Assembly: GCF_963921235.1 (NCBI RefSeq) | Contig: NC_086097.1 | Coordinates: 224,132,001-224,196,000, forward strand | Length of the DNA: 64,000 bases | Source: Mobula hypostoma | Lineage: Eukaryota | Direction: 5' to 3' | Shown: positions 26,045-37,965 of the stretch, in pieces | Position numbering within the stretch: position 1 is the stretch's first letter | Layout: each line of letters opens with the position of its first letter | Position numbers and translations under genes: made by a program | The notes under the pieces: model-generated | Databases searched by the model: none | Seen by the model: only the letters and a program-made list of their open reading frames with translations | Told to the model about the DNA's origin: nothing

Positions 26045-26137
26045 TGTATACCTCGATCAAGTCTCCCCCCAGTCTTCTACGCTCCAAGGAATAAAAGAAA
26101 TACCTGGTCAATACCTGCTACACTTGCTCAGTTTCTA

Positions 26138-26432
26138 CCCTCACCCTCTTCACTTGAAATGTTATTGTCCCTCACCCTCTTCACTTGAAATGTTATTGTC
26201 CCTCACCCTCTACACTTGAAATGTTATTGTCCCTCACCCTCTTCACTTGGAAATGTTATTGTCCCTGACTTCTTCACTTGAAATGTTATTGTCCCTGACC
26301 TCTTCACTTGAAATTGTATTGTCCCTCACCCTCTTCACTTGAAATGTTATTGTCCCTTACCCTCTTCACTTGAAATGTTATTGTCCCTGACCCCTTCACT
26401 TGAAATTGTATTGTCCCTCACTCTCTTCACTT
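26138..26432. repeat. Minisatellite, about 9.5 copies of a 30-32 bp unit
   Basis: Unit ccctcaccctcttcacttgaaatgttattgt, contiguous with no spacers. Confidence 0.95.
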
Positions 26433-26726
26433 GCTCTGCTGTTGTTCGTTCCCTCTTTATTATTGACATTGCCTTGTTCACCGGGAGAAGTCTAGGTTGA
26501 GTTAATTTCCTGACAACAGCCAGGACAAAAACCCACAAATACCCTGTGGGTGGAACTCTGCACCTGATCTCGCATCTTACTGTTTACCTGCACTGCACTT
26601 TCTCCTAAGCTGTTACACTTTATTCTGTAAACAACAGGAATTCTGCAGATGCTGGAAATTCAAGCAACACACATCAAAGTTGCTGGTGAACGCAGCAGGC
26701 CAAGCAGCATCTATAGGAAGAGGCGC

Positions 26727-26762
26727 AGTCGATGTTTCAGGCCGAGACCCTTCGTCAGGACT
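26727..26762 (-). ncRNA. Hammerhead ribozyme variant (GAAACAUC)
   Basis: Reverse complement agtcctgacgaagggtctcggcctgaaacatcgact; the stem III palindrome is mutated. Confidence 0.65.
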
Positions 26763-27450
26763 AACTGAAGGAAGAGTGAGTAAGGGATTTGAAAGCTGGA
26801 GGGGGAGGGGGAGATGCAAAATGATAGGAGAAGACAGGAGGGGGAGGGATAGAGCCGAGAGCTGGACAGGTGATAGGCAAAAGGGGATACGAGAGGATCA
26901 TGGGACAGGAGGTCCGGGAAGAAAGACTCCAACTTTCACCCTGCCCTCAAGTTTACCTGGTCCATTTCCGACACCTCCCTCCCCTTTCTAGATCTTTCTG
27001 TCTCTGTCTCTGGAGACAGCTTATCCACTGATGTCTACTATAAGCCTACTGACTCTCACAGCTATCTGGACTATTCCTCTTCTCACCCTGTCTCTTGCAA
27101 AAACGCCATCCCCTTCTCGCAATTCCTCCGTCTCCGCCGCATCTGCTCTCAGGATGAGGCTTTTCATTCTAGGACGAGGGAGATGTCTTCATTTTTTAAA
27201 GAAAGGGGCTTCCCTTCCTCCACTATCAACTCTGCTCTTAAACGCATCTCCCCCATTTCACGTACATCTGCTCTCACTCCATCCTCCCACCACCCCACTA
27301 GGAATAGGGTTCCCCTGGTCCTCACCTACCACCCCACCAGCCTCCGGGTCCAACATATTATTCTCCGTAACTTCCGCCACCTCCAACGGGATCCCACCAC
27401 TAAGCACATCTTTCCCTCCCCCCCCCTCTGCATTCCGCAGGGATTGCTCC

Positions 27451-28277
27451 TGTTACGTACCCCGTAACTGGGTTGCCAAACCAGCAGAAATGGATCACTC
27501 AGTTGGAGTCTGGAGTACTAGAACTAAGAAAGTTTTATTACAGAAACAAGCAACACAGTAATCGAAAGGATAATAAATGCAACAGTTCAGTGATGATAAA
27601 CACACATGTGCACAGAATTAAGATAACAGCATCAATCAAGCTCTATCGTTGTCTAGGGGTAAATGACCAATTTCAAAATGACTCAAAGTTCAGTCCAGTT
27701 TAGTAGTTCAGTTCGCAGTAATCGTTGCCATGGCGGTGGACAACGTGGGGGAAGAGAGAGATAGAATAGGAACAACTCATCATTCAGAACGGCTTCACTC
27801 ACAGACCAGCAAGATGGCTCACAGACCAGCGAGATGGTTCACAAACAGCTTTTGGGCGGGTCCTTGGTGATGTCACCTGAGGTCACCGACTGTGACCCCT
27901 CCTCCAGATGCGGTCGATCCTCTGCAGTGAACCCGGCACCCAGGCAAGGGCGGACACACACCGGGTTCCCGCTGATCGTACCTTTCCACCCTGTGCGTTG
28001 TCCGGTACTTCTCACCACTCGTGAGAGGCGCACCGCTTCCAGGGTCTCGTTACCTCGGGTGGCGTGTGTGTCTGTCTTAGCGAACCTGTCCCTTTTTATC
28101 CCCCTGCTGGGGTATCGCCTGTCCATCACTTCAAACAGTTCAGGGTTCAAAGGGGGGAGCCGCTCCATTGTTCCTTATCTCTCCTTCCCCTGAGGGCAGG
28201 TGGCAGACCAACTGCTGATGCCACTGATGCTAGCCCAGGCCAGCAAACATCTTAATTTTATGTGTATTCTCGTAACA
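27451..28277 (-). mobile_element. Solo LTR (Gypsy-like, 4-bp TSD) nested in the PLE ORF
   Basis: TGTTACG...CGTAACA termini and TSD ctcc (27447-27450, 28278-28281). The empty site is visible in the paralogous PLE at about 44005-44015. Minus-strand AATAAA near 27533. Confidence 0.9.
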
Positions 28278-29050
28278 CTCCCTACACAACTCCCTTGTCC
28301 ATTCGTCCCCCCCATCCCTCCCCACTGATCTCCCTCCTGGCACTTATCCGTGTAAGCGGAACAAGTGCTACACATGCCCTTACACTTCCTCCCTTACCAC
28401 CATTCAGGGCCCCAAACAGTCCTTCCAGGTGAGGCATCACTTCACCTGTGAGTCGACTGGGGTGATATACTGCGTCCGGTGCTCCCGATGTGGCCTTTTA
28501 TATATTGGTGAGACCCGACGCAGACTGGGAGACCGCTTTGCTGAACATCTACGCTCTGTCCGCCAGAGAAAGCAGGATCTCCCAGTGGCCACACATTTTA
28601 ATTCCACATCCCATTCCCATTCTGACATGTCTATCCACGGCCTCCTCTACTGTAAAGATGAAGCCACACTCAGGTTGGAGGAACAACACCTTATATTCCG
28701 TCTGGGTAGCCTCCAACCTGATGGCATGAACATTGACTTCTCTAACTTCCGCTAGGCCCCACCTCCCCCTCGTACCCCATCTGTTACTCATTTTTATGCA
28801 CACATTCTTTCTCTCACTCTCCTTTTTCTCCCTCTGTCCCTCTGAATATACCTCTTGCCCATCCTCTGGGTCACCCCCCACCCCTGTCTTTCTTCCCGGA
28901 CCTCCTGTCCCATGATCCTCTCGTATCCCCTTTTGCCTATCACCTGTCCAGCTCTCGGCTCTATCCCTCCCCCTCCTGTCTTCTCCTATCATTTTGCATC
29001 TCCCCCTCCCCCTCCAGCTTTCAAATCCCTTACTCACTCTTCCTTCAGTT

Positions 29051-29086
29051 AGTCCTGACGAAGGGTCTCGGCCTGAAACGTCGACT
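29051..29086 (+). ncRNA. Minimal type-I hammerhead ribozyme
   Basis: AGUC CUGACGA A GGGU CUCG GCCU GAAA CGUC GACU; predicted cleavage after C29082. Confidence 0.82.
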
Positions 29087-30084
29087 GCGCCTCTTCCTAT
29101 AGATGCTGCTTGGCCTGCTGCGTTCACCAGCAACTTTGATGTGTGTTGACACTTTATTCTGTATTGTTATTGCTTTACCTTGTTCTACCTCAATGCTTTG
29201 TGTAATGATTTGATCCACGCGAACAGTCTGCAAGACAAGCTTTTCACTGTATCTTTGTACATGTGACAATAATAAACCCCAGTCAACCCCATGCATTCAT
29301 TGTTGAATACACACTGCAGATCAATAGTTCATATTACCTTTTCACTCTCCCCAACATTAGCTTTTTCATCAATTTTACATGTACTTATAAACACATTTTA
29401 TATCGTCCCAAAGTACTAACCATGTACTTTTAAAATGTACCTATTATTAAAAAGTGGAAATCATAAGTCATTTTATTAACGTAATATTTCATAAACAGTT
29501 AATAACCAGGAATGCTGGTGGAAGGCTAGGGAACAGGCCTTGTTTTCCTCAAATCTTGATCTTTGCTTCACTTCTCCTCTGTTGGCAGTGTAGTGATATT
29601 ATTTGCTAATGTTTGGCTAAATTTTCAAGCTATGCACCTGTTCTCTCTCCAGCGGCTTGTAACCCAAACAGTTGTTTCTTTTGGCCATTAGTTACGATCA
29701 AATGAGGGGGATTGAGCCATTTAGAAGACAGGTTAATAATTCTCATGTTTTCTAGCTGATTGAAGAAATCCACATATGCAGTGGTGTTACTTAATTTTAC
29801 CTTTTTCAACATTATTTTCTTTGCCTTGAAAATTTAATCATTTAACGCCGGAACTATGTTCTGTTCCCAGATTTGTTTGGAATTTGGTCTAAGGTGCAGT
29901 GAACTTGTCCAATGTTGTTAATTATTTTGAGTTTGTGATTAGGCAGTCTTTTTGTAGCAAACCTATTTGCCTCATTTTTTTTCACTTTCGCCTAAGAGGT
30001 CTCAAATCTCTACTACATTACCTAGATAATTATTAACTCCATGAATACCACAGCTCCGATAAGAGTGTCTCTATTCCAGTCAGA

Positions 30085-30222
30085 GGTAAGCCCTGATGAC
30101 GGGTCTTGGCCTGAAACGATGACTGCTTATTCCTTTCGAGAGATGCTGCCGCACTTGCTGAGTTCCTCCAGCATTTTGTGTGCGATGCTGAAGATCTTCA
30201 GCATCTGCGGAATCTCTTGTGC
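30085..30222 (+). mobile_element. Older short PLE-derived element with degenerate hammerhead
   Basis: ccctgatgacgggtcttggcctgaaacgatgactg...cagcatctgcggaatctcttgtg. Confidence 0.6.
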
Positions 30223-30569
30223 TGAGAGCTGGCTCTATTATCTGCTTTCCATGGAAACCTGGCTGGGGATGAACGTTCAGACTAGAAGCAGAAGTAGGCC
30301 ACTGGATTTCCACCCCCCCTCCCCCGCCCCCGGGCAGAGGATTCCAAATATTCACAGCGCGCTAGGTGAAGAAATTCTCACTTTTGTCTTGAATGGCGGA
30401 GCTCTTATTTTGAGACCATGACCTCTTTTCCTGGATGAAAAATGCAGCAACAAACTTGCACTCAATGTCAATAAGACCGAAGAAATGATTGTGGACTTCT
30501 GAAAGGGTAAGATGAGAAAACACACACCATAGAGGGATCAGAAATGGAAAGTGTGAACAATTTCAGGTT

Positions 30570-30882
30570 ACACACTATACCTCTTGCCCATCCTCTGGGT
30601 TTTTTCCCCCCTCCCCCTTTTCCTTCTCCCTGGGCCTCCTGTCCCATGATCCTCTCACATCCCTTTTGCCAATCACCTGTCCAGCTCTTGGCTCCATCCC
30701 TCCCCCTCCTGTCTTCTCCTATCATTTCAGATCTCCCTCTCCCCCTCTCACTTTCATATCTCTTACTAGCTCTTCTTTCAGTTAGTCCTGACGAAGGGTC
30801 TCGGCCTGAAACGTCGACTGTACCTCTTCCTAGAGATGCTGCCTGGCCTGCTGCGTTCACCAGCAACTTTGATGAGTGTTGC
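30570..30882 (+). mobile_element. Solitary PLE pLTR with intact hammerhead (30784-30819)
   Basis: Matches the pLTR family. Flanked by 14-bp near-TSD aacaatttcaggtt / aacaattttgggtt. Confidence 0.85.
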
Positions 30883-31383
30883 AACAATTTTGGGTTCCGG
30901 GGTGTCAACATCTCTGAGGATCTACACTGGGCCCAACATATCAATGCAGTTACAAAGAGGGCATGACAGTGGCTATATTTCATTAGGAGATTTGGTGCAT
31001 CACCAAAGACACTTGCACATTTCTATAGATGTGTTCTGCAGAGTATTCTAACTGGCTGCATCACCGTGTAGTATGGGGGGGGGAGCAGGGGGGGCACTGT
31101 ACAGGATCGAAGTAAGCTGCAGAAACTCAGCCAGCTCCATCGTGGTGACAAGTCTCCCCAGCATCCAGGACATCTTCAAGCAGCAATGCCTCATAAAGGT
31201 GGCATTCATCAATCAGGACCCCTCCCGCCCCTCCCCCCCCCACCGGTCACTCAGGACATGCCCTCTTCTCATTCCTACCATAAGGGAGGAGGTACAGGAA
31301 CCTGAAGGCACACACTCAATGATTCAGGAACAGCTTCTTCCCCTCTGTAATTTACAGCTTTTATTAAAATGTATTACAATGTA

Positions 31384-32000
31384 CGAGGGGTGATTGATAA
31401 GTTCGTGGCCTAAGGGGTCAATTTTAGAAAACCTGGCACATTTATTTTTCCTACATTTACACACTTAGTCCAGCGGTCGTGGAGCATATAGATCCCTTCT
31501 TTGTAGAAGTCGGCATCTTGGACCTCCAGAAGGTGGTCCACAGCAGGGGTGATTGATAAGTTCGTGGCCCAAGGTAGAAGGAGATGAGTTATTAACTTCA
31601 AACTTTCTGCATTTTCACTCAAGCAGTTGAACTGCACGTGCATGTAACGCGAGTGGTATAACTCATCTCCTTCTACCCGAGGCCACGAACTTATCAGTCG
31701 CCCCTGCTATGGACCACCTGGAGGTCCAAGACTCTCTCGTTACATGTACGTGCAGTTCAGCTCTTTGAGTGAAAATGCAGAAAGCTTGAAGTTAATAACT
31801 TATCTCCTTCTACCTTAGGCCACGAACCTATCAATCATCCCTGCTGAGGACCACTTCTACAAAGAAGGGATCTGTATGCTCCACGACCGCTGGACTAAGT
31901 GTGTACATGCGGGAGGGGACTGTGTTGAAAAATAAATGTGCTAGGTTTTCTAAAACTGACTCCTTCTATCTTAGGCCACGAACTTATCAATCACGCCTCA
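31384..32000. mobile_element. Mariner-derived fold-back MITE with multiple internal TIRs
   Basis: TA TSD and TIR cgaggggtgattgataagttcgtggcc. The transposase C-terminus FYKEGICMLHDRWTKCVHAGGDCVEK* is present in both orientations. Confidence 0.9.
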
Positions 32001-33009
32001 TACTTCTGCTGCCTAACAACAAATTTCAAGGCATATGCCAGGGATATTAAACCTGATTCAGACTCTGAATGACCCTGTCATGTGTTATTGAACAGGATAC
32101 ACCACTATCAACTTGAGCTGCTACAGCAGAAGTTGATTCAAAAGCAAAAAGGCTTGAAACAATTGCAGGGATACAGTTATTAAACGGAGCTTTTTGATCT
32201 GAACATTGGTTTGTAGATCCAGATCCGAGCAGATGGCAGTGAGTCAAGATGTTGTTGAACCTCCATCTCTTGGAACCGTTATTTTGAATCAGAACTAGAA
32301 GTGGAAAGTGCTGGAGATATTGAGCAAGTCAGACAGAAACGAAGTTAATGGCTATTCACGCTTTTCAACTTGGATCCAAACTCTTTTCTGTTTAGGATTA
32401 TGTGCTGTGTTTCACGTTGTGGGCAAAGGAAAGGCAGCAGCCCACTTGCACAACAAACAGCAGAGGCTGCCAGGTTGCTCTGGAGAATTTCTTAGCATCT
32501 GCTCTCTATCTCACCACAGCTTGAAGCTGCACCTGTGTTCTGATTCAGAGGTTGTTTTAGATCAGGGAGGGGTTAGGTAAGAGAAAAGTCTTACAAAGGA
32601 ATTACAGCTAATTTTACGAAAGAAAACCATTCAACAAAATTTTTAATGCAAGGTAAGGGATTGAGTTACATGTCCGCTGATGGTCAAAGGTTAAAGGTGA
32701 AAAGTGAAATATTTAAGGGGAACATGGTGGGGGGGGGACTTCTTCACTCAGAGGGTGATGAGAACGTGGAATGAGCTGCCAGTGGAAGTTGTGGCAATGG
32801 GTTCGATTTCAGCACTTAAGAGAAATTTGGATAAGTAAATGCCTGTGGTTCAGATGCAGGTTGATGGGACTAGGCAGTATAATAGTTCAGCTCTCTGACT
32901 CTGATGGATTCTGCAAGCTGCCTGACAGCAGGTGTCAGGCAGAGAAATCACCATGGTAACATTTATCTTGAAACCTGGTTTGCCGTGGTCTAGGCTCTTA
33001 AGGTTGTTA

Positions 33010-33540
33010 TAGCCGGAGCGGTAATGGGGATAAGCTCCCACTACCTATTAAATGCTCCCAATGGAGTGCACCTCAGATAGCCTCTGGCTTTCACATGTGG
33101 CTTAGCTACTACACCCAGTGGAAATATTTTGACTGACAGGAGAAGGGGCAAAGGACTGAAATCTGTTGCTTTGGGCAGATGGGGCTCGTCAGCCATGGTT
33201 AGCAGCTCATCAGAAGAAGGAAAACTGATCTCAAACCTCCACTGCCTTGCAGCTATACTCTCTCATGGGGAGGCTTTTGGAGTAAACTCCAAGGGAAAAA
33301 TCTGGAGCTGGAGTCCCTAAGGCTGTCCTATATCGAGTTCAATGCTGACTAACAACTCCTGTGATGCTGCAGATGCCAAAACTGTATCAGTCTCTGCCAT
33401 TCCTTTGGGTTCATCAGATGTGTGGAGAGGGGGAGCTTGCTACATGGGCAACAGCTTGCTCTCCATATCATACTACCCAGGCTTGCATAGCTAGACAGCC
33501 AGGACAATATCCTTGGTCAGCTCTGACCGACAGAGGCCTC
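33010..33540 (+). mobile_element. Possible RTE-clade 5' UTR-derived repeat
   Basis: gaagaaggaaaactgatctcaaacctcc motif resembles RTE 5' UTRs (from recall only). Confidence 0.35.
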
Positions 33541-36500
33541 AGACGTTGTTCATAACATTAAAAGCTTGAGGGCAAGTAGCAGCGACAGGAACACGGAGGA
33601 GAACAATCAGATAGAAATTTCCCCTCCCTTGAACTGTGTAGGTATTTAAAGACAACACACACGAGCAGTCTATGATAACAATGTTGAAATTCACATTGCA
33701 GAACTGTTTTTACTGTGCACTTATATTTATGACAAAAGCTTCTGGTTACTGCTGAGCTTAATATGGTACATTGCTGCGTGCTTGGTGCTGACCTGCCAAC
33801 TGAGGACACATTATCCCCGTGGGGCTTTACTACTGAGTGATTGGACATTCCTCCTGAGGCCAATAAAGCTTTCATCCTCGTTTGTGATAATAACGGGATG
33901 GGACGAGGCTGTGACTCTGGCCCTGTGTCAGGTACCACAGCATTGCTTAAGTCTTTAATAAGTGCATCCCTATGAGATCATTGGGAATACATTGTAAATT
34001 AACGCCTCCCATGTAACTATCTGTGACAGAGTATCATTTCTGAATGTGGACTACGACAATTAGTTACATTGCCTTTGACAGTGTTTCTATTGTTCCATGC
34101 CTTTGCTTATTCCCTCAGTGTGATGCATTTAATATTATATTACTTCCTGTTTTGATTATGTGTAATGTAAACATCCCCGCCATGTCCTTGAATGCCCTTG
34201 TTATTGAAATACAAGAACAGATAATTCCCAAGTGATCACTTGTATAGTTTCCTTTCCTGTTTCTGGAGGGAGATTCCCTTGCTTTTCTCCTTAGTAGTCC
34301 TTTTGTGTCTGTATGAAATCATCTCAAGTCAGAGAGGACTGAAAAATTTTAAACCATATTGATTGCCTTCACTTGTCTTTGATATTGTAGTTATGTTTAC
34401 CAGTTACTTTAGCAGTTAATCTCTTCATTTTCTTCAATATTCATGTTCAGAATTACTTTCTGCACTATTTCAACTATTTAACAGAGTCGGAATACTGAAA
34501 AGAAGATAAAGCATTTCAATGATTGGGCATCACAGAATAATTTATTTAAAAAAGTTTATTGAGATACAGCATGGAATAAGCTCTTCCAACCCGTCGAGCC
34601 ACTCTGCCCAGTAATCCCCCCCGATTTAATCCTAGCCTAGTCACTGGACAATTTACAATGACCAATTAACCTACCATCTTTTGACTGAGGAAACAGGAGG
34701 AAACCCACACGGTCATGGGGAGAATGTACAAACTCTTTACAGGCAGTGGCAGTGGTGGGAATTGAACCTGGGTTGGTGGTGCCGTAAAGCGTTGTGCTAA
34801 CCACTACACTACTGTGCTACCCCATGGGGTTGTACAGTGGAGCTGTCCAGCATGGAAGTAGGTCCTGTGACCCAACCCATCCACGCCGATCAGGTTGTCT
34901 AACTGAGCGAATCTCATTTGCCCATATTCCTCCAAACTTTCTTATCCATGTACAGTATCTGTCAGAAGGTCATTTAAACATTGTCATTGTACTTTCCTCC
35001 TGGCAGTTTGTTCTACACAACCCAACAACCCCTATGTGAAAAAGTCATCCCTTACATCATTTAAAATCTTTCCCCTCCCACTTTAAACCCTCTAGTTTTA
35101 GACTCACTATCTCTGCAAAAGAGACCGTAACCATTCATTTTGTCTTTGCCACTGAGGATTTTACACATCTCAGTAAGGTCACCCCATAGATATTCTTTTC
35201 CCTGAATTCCCTAGCTTCCATGGTAAACACAGATGAGCAATATTCAGTTTAGACCCCAGGAGAATTATCCTGTTGCTCCACACATTGATAACCACATGGA
35301 CCCATAAGGGGACCTGTTCTCTCTCGTTTTACCCTTTTACTCTTAACATACTTATAGAACCTCTTGGGATTCTCCTTTACCTTCTCTGTCAAAGCTATCT
35401 CATGTCCTCCTTTTGCCCTCCTGTATTCCCTCTTAAGTGCACCTCCCTTATATGTCTCAAGGTATTCACTTGATCACACCAACCCTCATACCTGACAGAT
35501 TCATTAAGGAAATCAAGGGAAATGGTGCTTGAGGCAAAAGATTCTCTGTAGTCTTATTGAATGAAGGAGCTGGCACAAAGTGTCAAGTGGCCTATCCTAT
35601 TTCATATGTTCTTGTGCAAATATAACGGTATTTTCTTAGTTTCATATTTTTTCTTTTGTGCTACCATAGTAAGAATAACTTGCAACTTCTTGCATGATTG
35701 ACATTGTTATGAAAATTATAGGGGAGGTTTCTTCTTGCCCTCAAGTCTATCTTACTGACATCACATTTCGTGTCTGGGCCAAAGGACTGGGTCCAATATT
35801 GTGTGACTTGATGTTCATCAATGGCTCCAATTGCATTTATCAGCAGTATCTAACGCATTCAGTTTTCAGGAGGGTTAGAGCACATTTGGAGGATATTGAC
35901 TGCATTGGTTCCTCGAAAAAGTCAATGTACTGTACTTAGGCAAATATTTCCAGTCTGTAATACTACCACAGGCAATAGGATTTTGATAAAGGAACTTGCA
36001 AAGGCTGGATAAAATTGTATCAGCCTAGTTAATGTAGACTGAATGTAAAGTGATATTTTCAGAAATTAGGGTTCTATGTGTCTTTAATTCTCATTCATGT
36101 TTAACATAGAGAAGATCAGGACCAAATTTTGTCAAGTAAAACATTTTTTGGAATGGAAGGGAATATTAAAATTAATGTGATAATTTAGGGTTGGAAATAG
36201 CTGTTAATCTATATCATTTAATGGGCTTCATTTACTTTGAACTACCAGCTCTTGCTAAGATTTCCTGCAGTCGATGGCAGATTTATTGAATTAATCTATC
36301 ACAGTTTCATCTCCCTGTGTCCCCATCCTAATGAATTCTGAGCTTGACATAAAATTAAACTCTTGATGATTTTATTGAATTTTGGAACTAAATATTCCTT
36401 TATGCTTAGAATATAACTTTCCCTTAGACACAAGAGGTTCTGCAGATGCTGGAGATCCTGAGCAACACACAAAACGTTGGAAGAACTCAAGAGTCAATGA

Positions 36501-36962
36501 GTGGTTTCAGCCTAAAATGTCAACTGTTTTTTTTCCCTCTGTAGATGTAGCTGGCTTGTTGAGTTCCTCTAGCATTTTGTGTGCATAACTATGCCATGTT
36601 CAGCTTAGTTGACATTGGGGTGCAGTTCTAGGGGAATGCAGTACTGTCAGAGGTGAAGTTCAAAGTTCTGTTAATTTCATTGATAGATGTAAGAGATCAT
36701 ATGAATCCATTTCAACAAAAAAGAGTTGAAGTTATCCCTTTCTCCTGGAAAATTCTTAGCAGTCCATCAAAATACTAAATTAAGTTATTTGCCATTACAA
36801 CATTGCGGTCTGTGGAAATTTGCTATACACATTTCCTACAAAGCAAGTGTTTCTTTCTGTAAGGAGTGAGTGAATATTGTAGGATGTTGACTTTATACTC
36901 CATAAATTAAGTGGTTGTTAGAGGAATCTAAAGAGGAAAATAGGACAAGAAAAGATTGTTTG

Positions 36963-37381
36963 TGTCACCAGGTTCGGACAAGGCCCAAGTGCAGAGTGAG
37001 AGGCACGGAAGCAGGTCGATAGTTCAGACTTTAATGCGAACAGTGTTAAAGGGAAAGAAAACAATAAATGCTAGGCCAAACAGGGCCGTTAACTAAAACT
37101 CTCAAATGGAAAACAAAGCCTACACTGTGGCTGAAAAGAACAACTAAGAATTAAACGAATACTGCTAGACTTCAGATTCAGTTGACTCAACAGTCCAATT
37201 TCTCAGGCAAGGCAGAATACAGGCAGCGAAATGTTGTTGTGCTCTGTTCAAGTCTTGACGAGCACTACGATGACAAGTATGGAATTAAATACTATCACGA
37301 TTAAAAATAATTAGCTGACACGTGCAAATTCACAAGCGCAATTGCCGTATCTACTGCGCTGCCAAATCCGTGGTTGTGACA
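36963..37381 (-). mobile_element. Solo LTR, 419 bp, 5-bp TSD
   Basis: TGTCAC...GTGACA termini and perfect TSD gtttg (36958-36962, 37382-37386). Confidence 0.88.
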
Positions 37382-37459
37382 GTTTGAGGTAGCAGATCAG
37401 TCATGATCTTGTTGAATACAAAGTAGAATTACCTACTTCTTCATCTACTTCTTATCAAT

Positions 37460-37965
37460 CTTCAAAGTTCAAAGTTAATTTATTTTCAAAGTACATATGT
37501 GTCACCATATACAACCCTGATACACGGTTTCTTGCAGACATAATCAATAAGTCCATTATAGAATAATAACCATAGTAGAAACAACATAAGACTGCACCAA
37601 CTTGGGTGTTCAACCAGTGAGCAAGAGACATAAACATGCAAATACAAAAAGAAAGAAGTAATAATAATAATAATAAATAAATAAGCAATAAATATCAAGA
37701 ACATGAGATGAAGAGTGCTTGAAAGTGAGTCCACAGGTTGTGGGAACATTTCAATGATGGGGAACTGAAGTTGAGTGAAATTATCCCCTCTGGACCAAGA
37801 GCCTGATGGGCAAGGGGTTATTAACTGTTCCTAAACCTGGTAGTGTGAGTCCTGAGGTTCCTGTATCTTCTTCCTGATGGCAGCAGCGAGAAGAGAGCAT
37901 GACCTGGGTGGTGGGGGTCGATAATGATGGTTGCTGTTTTCCTGCATCATCAGTCTGTGTAGAGT
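37460..37965 (-). mobile_element. Rex1-type LINE 3' end
   Basis: ttcaaagttaatttattttcaaagtac tail, (taa)n tract and ttcctgatggcagcagcgagaagagagcatg. Confidence 0.7.

Larger units (their letters stand above)
26630..29148 (+). mobile_element. Penelope-like element: inverted pLTR, RT C-terminus/thumb, GIY-YIG endonuclease and pLTR, interrupted by a solo LTR
   Basis: NFHPALKFT..LPFLDL..VYYKPTDSHSYL RT motifs and GVIYCVRC..LYIGETRRRLGDRFAEH. Perfect 15-bp TSD acactttattctgta at 26615-26629 and 29149-29163. Confidence 0.95.
30424..32068 (+). mobile_element. Rex1/Babar LINE 3' fragment hosting a PLE pLTR and a mariner MITE
   Basis: ctcaatgtcaataagacc..gtggacttc..caggaacagcttcttcccctctg; the tail resumes after 32002 (attaaacctgattcagactctga). 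Confidence 0.75.

Noticed and set aside
26138..26432. CRISPR-like array of about 31-bp repeats
   Set aside because: Units are contiguous with no unique spacers, there are no cas genes, and the context is vertebrate; it is a minisatellite.
27834..28193. ORFs within the 827-bp insert
   Set aside because: No recognisable domain; they lie within a GC-rich solo LTR.
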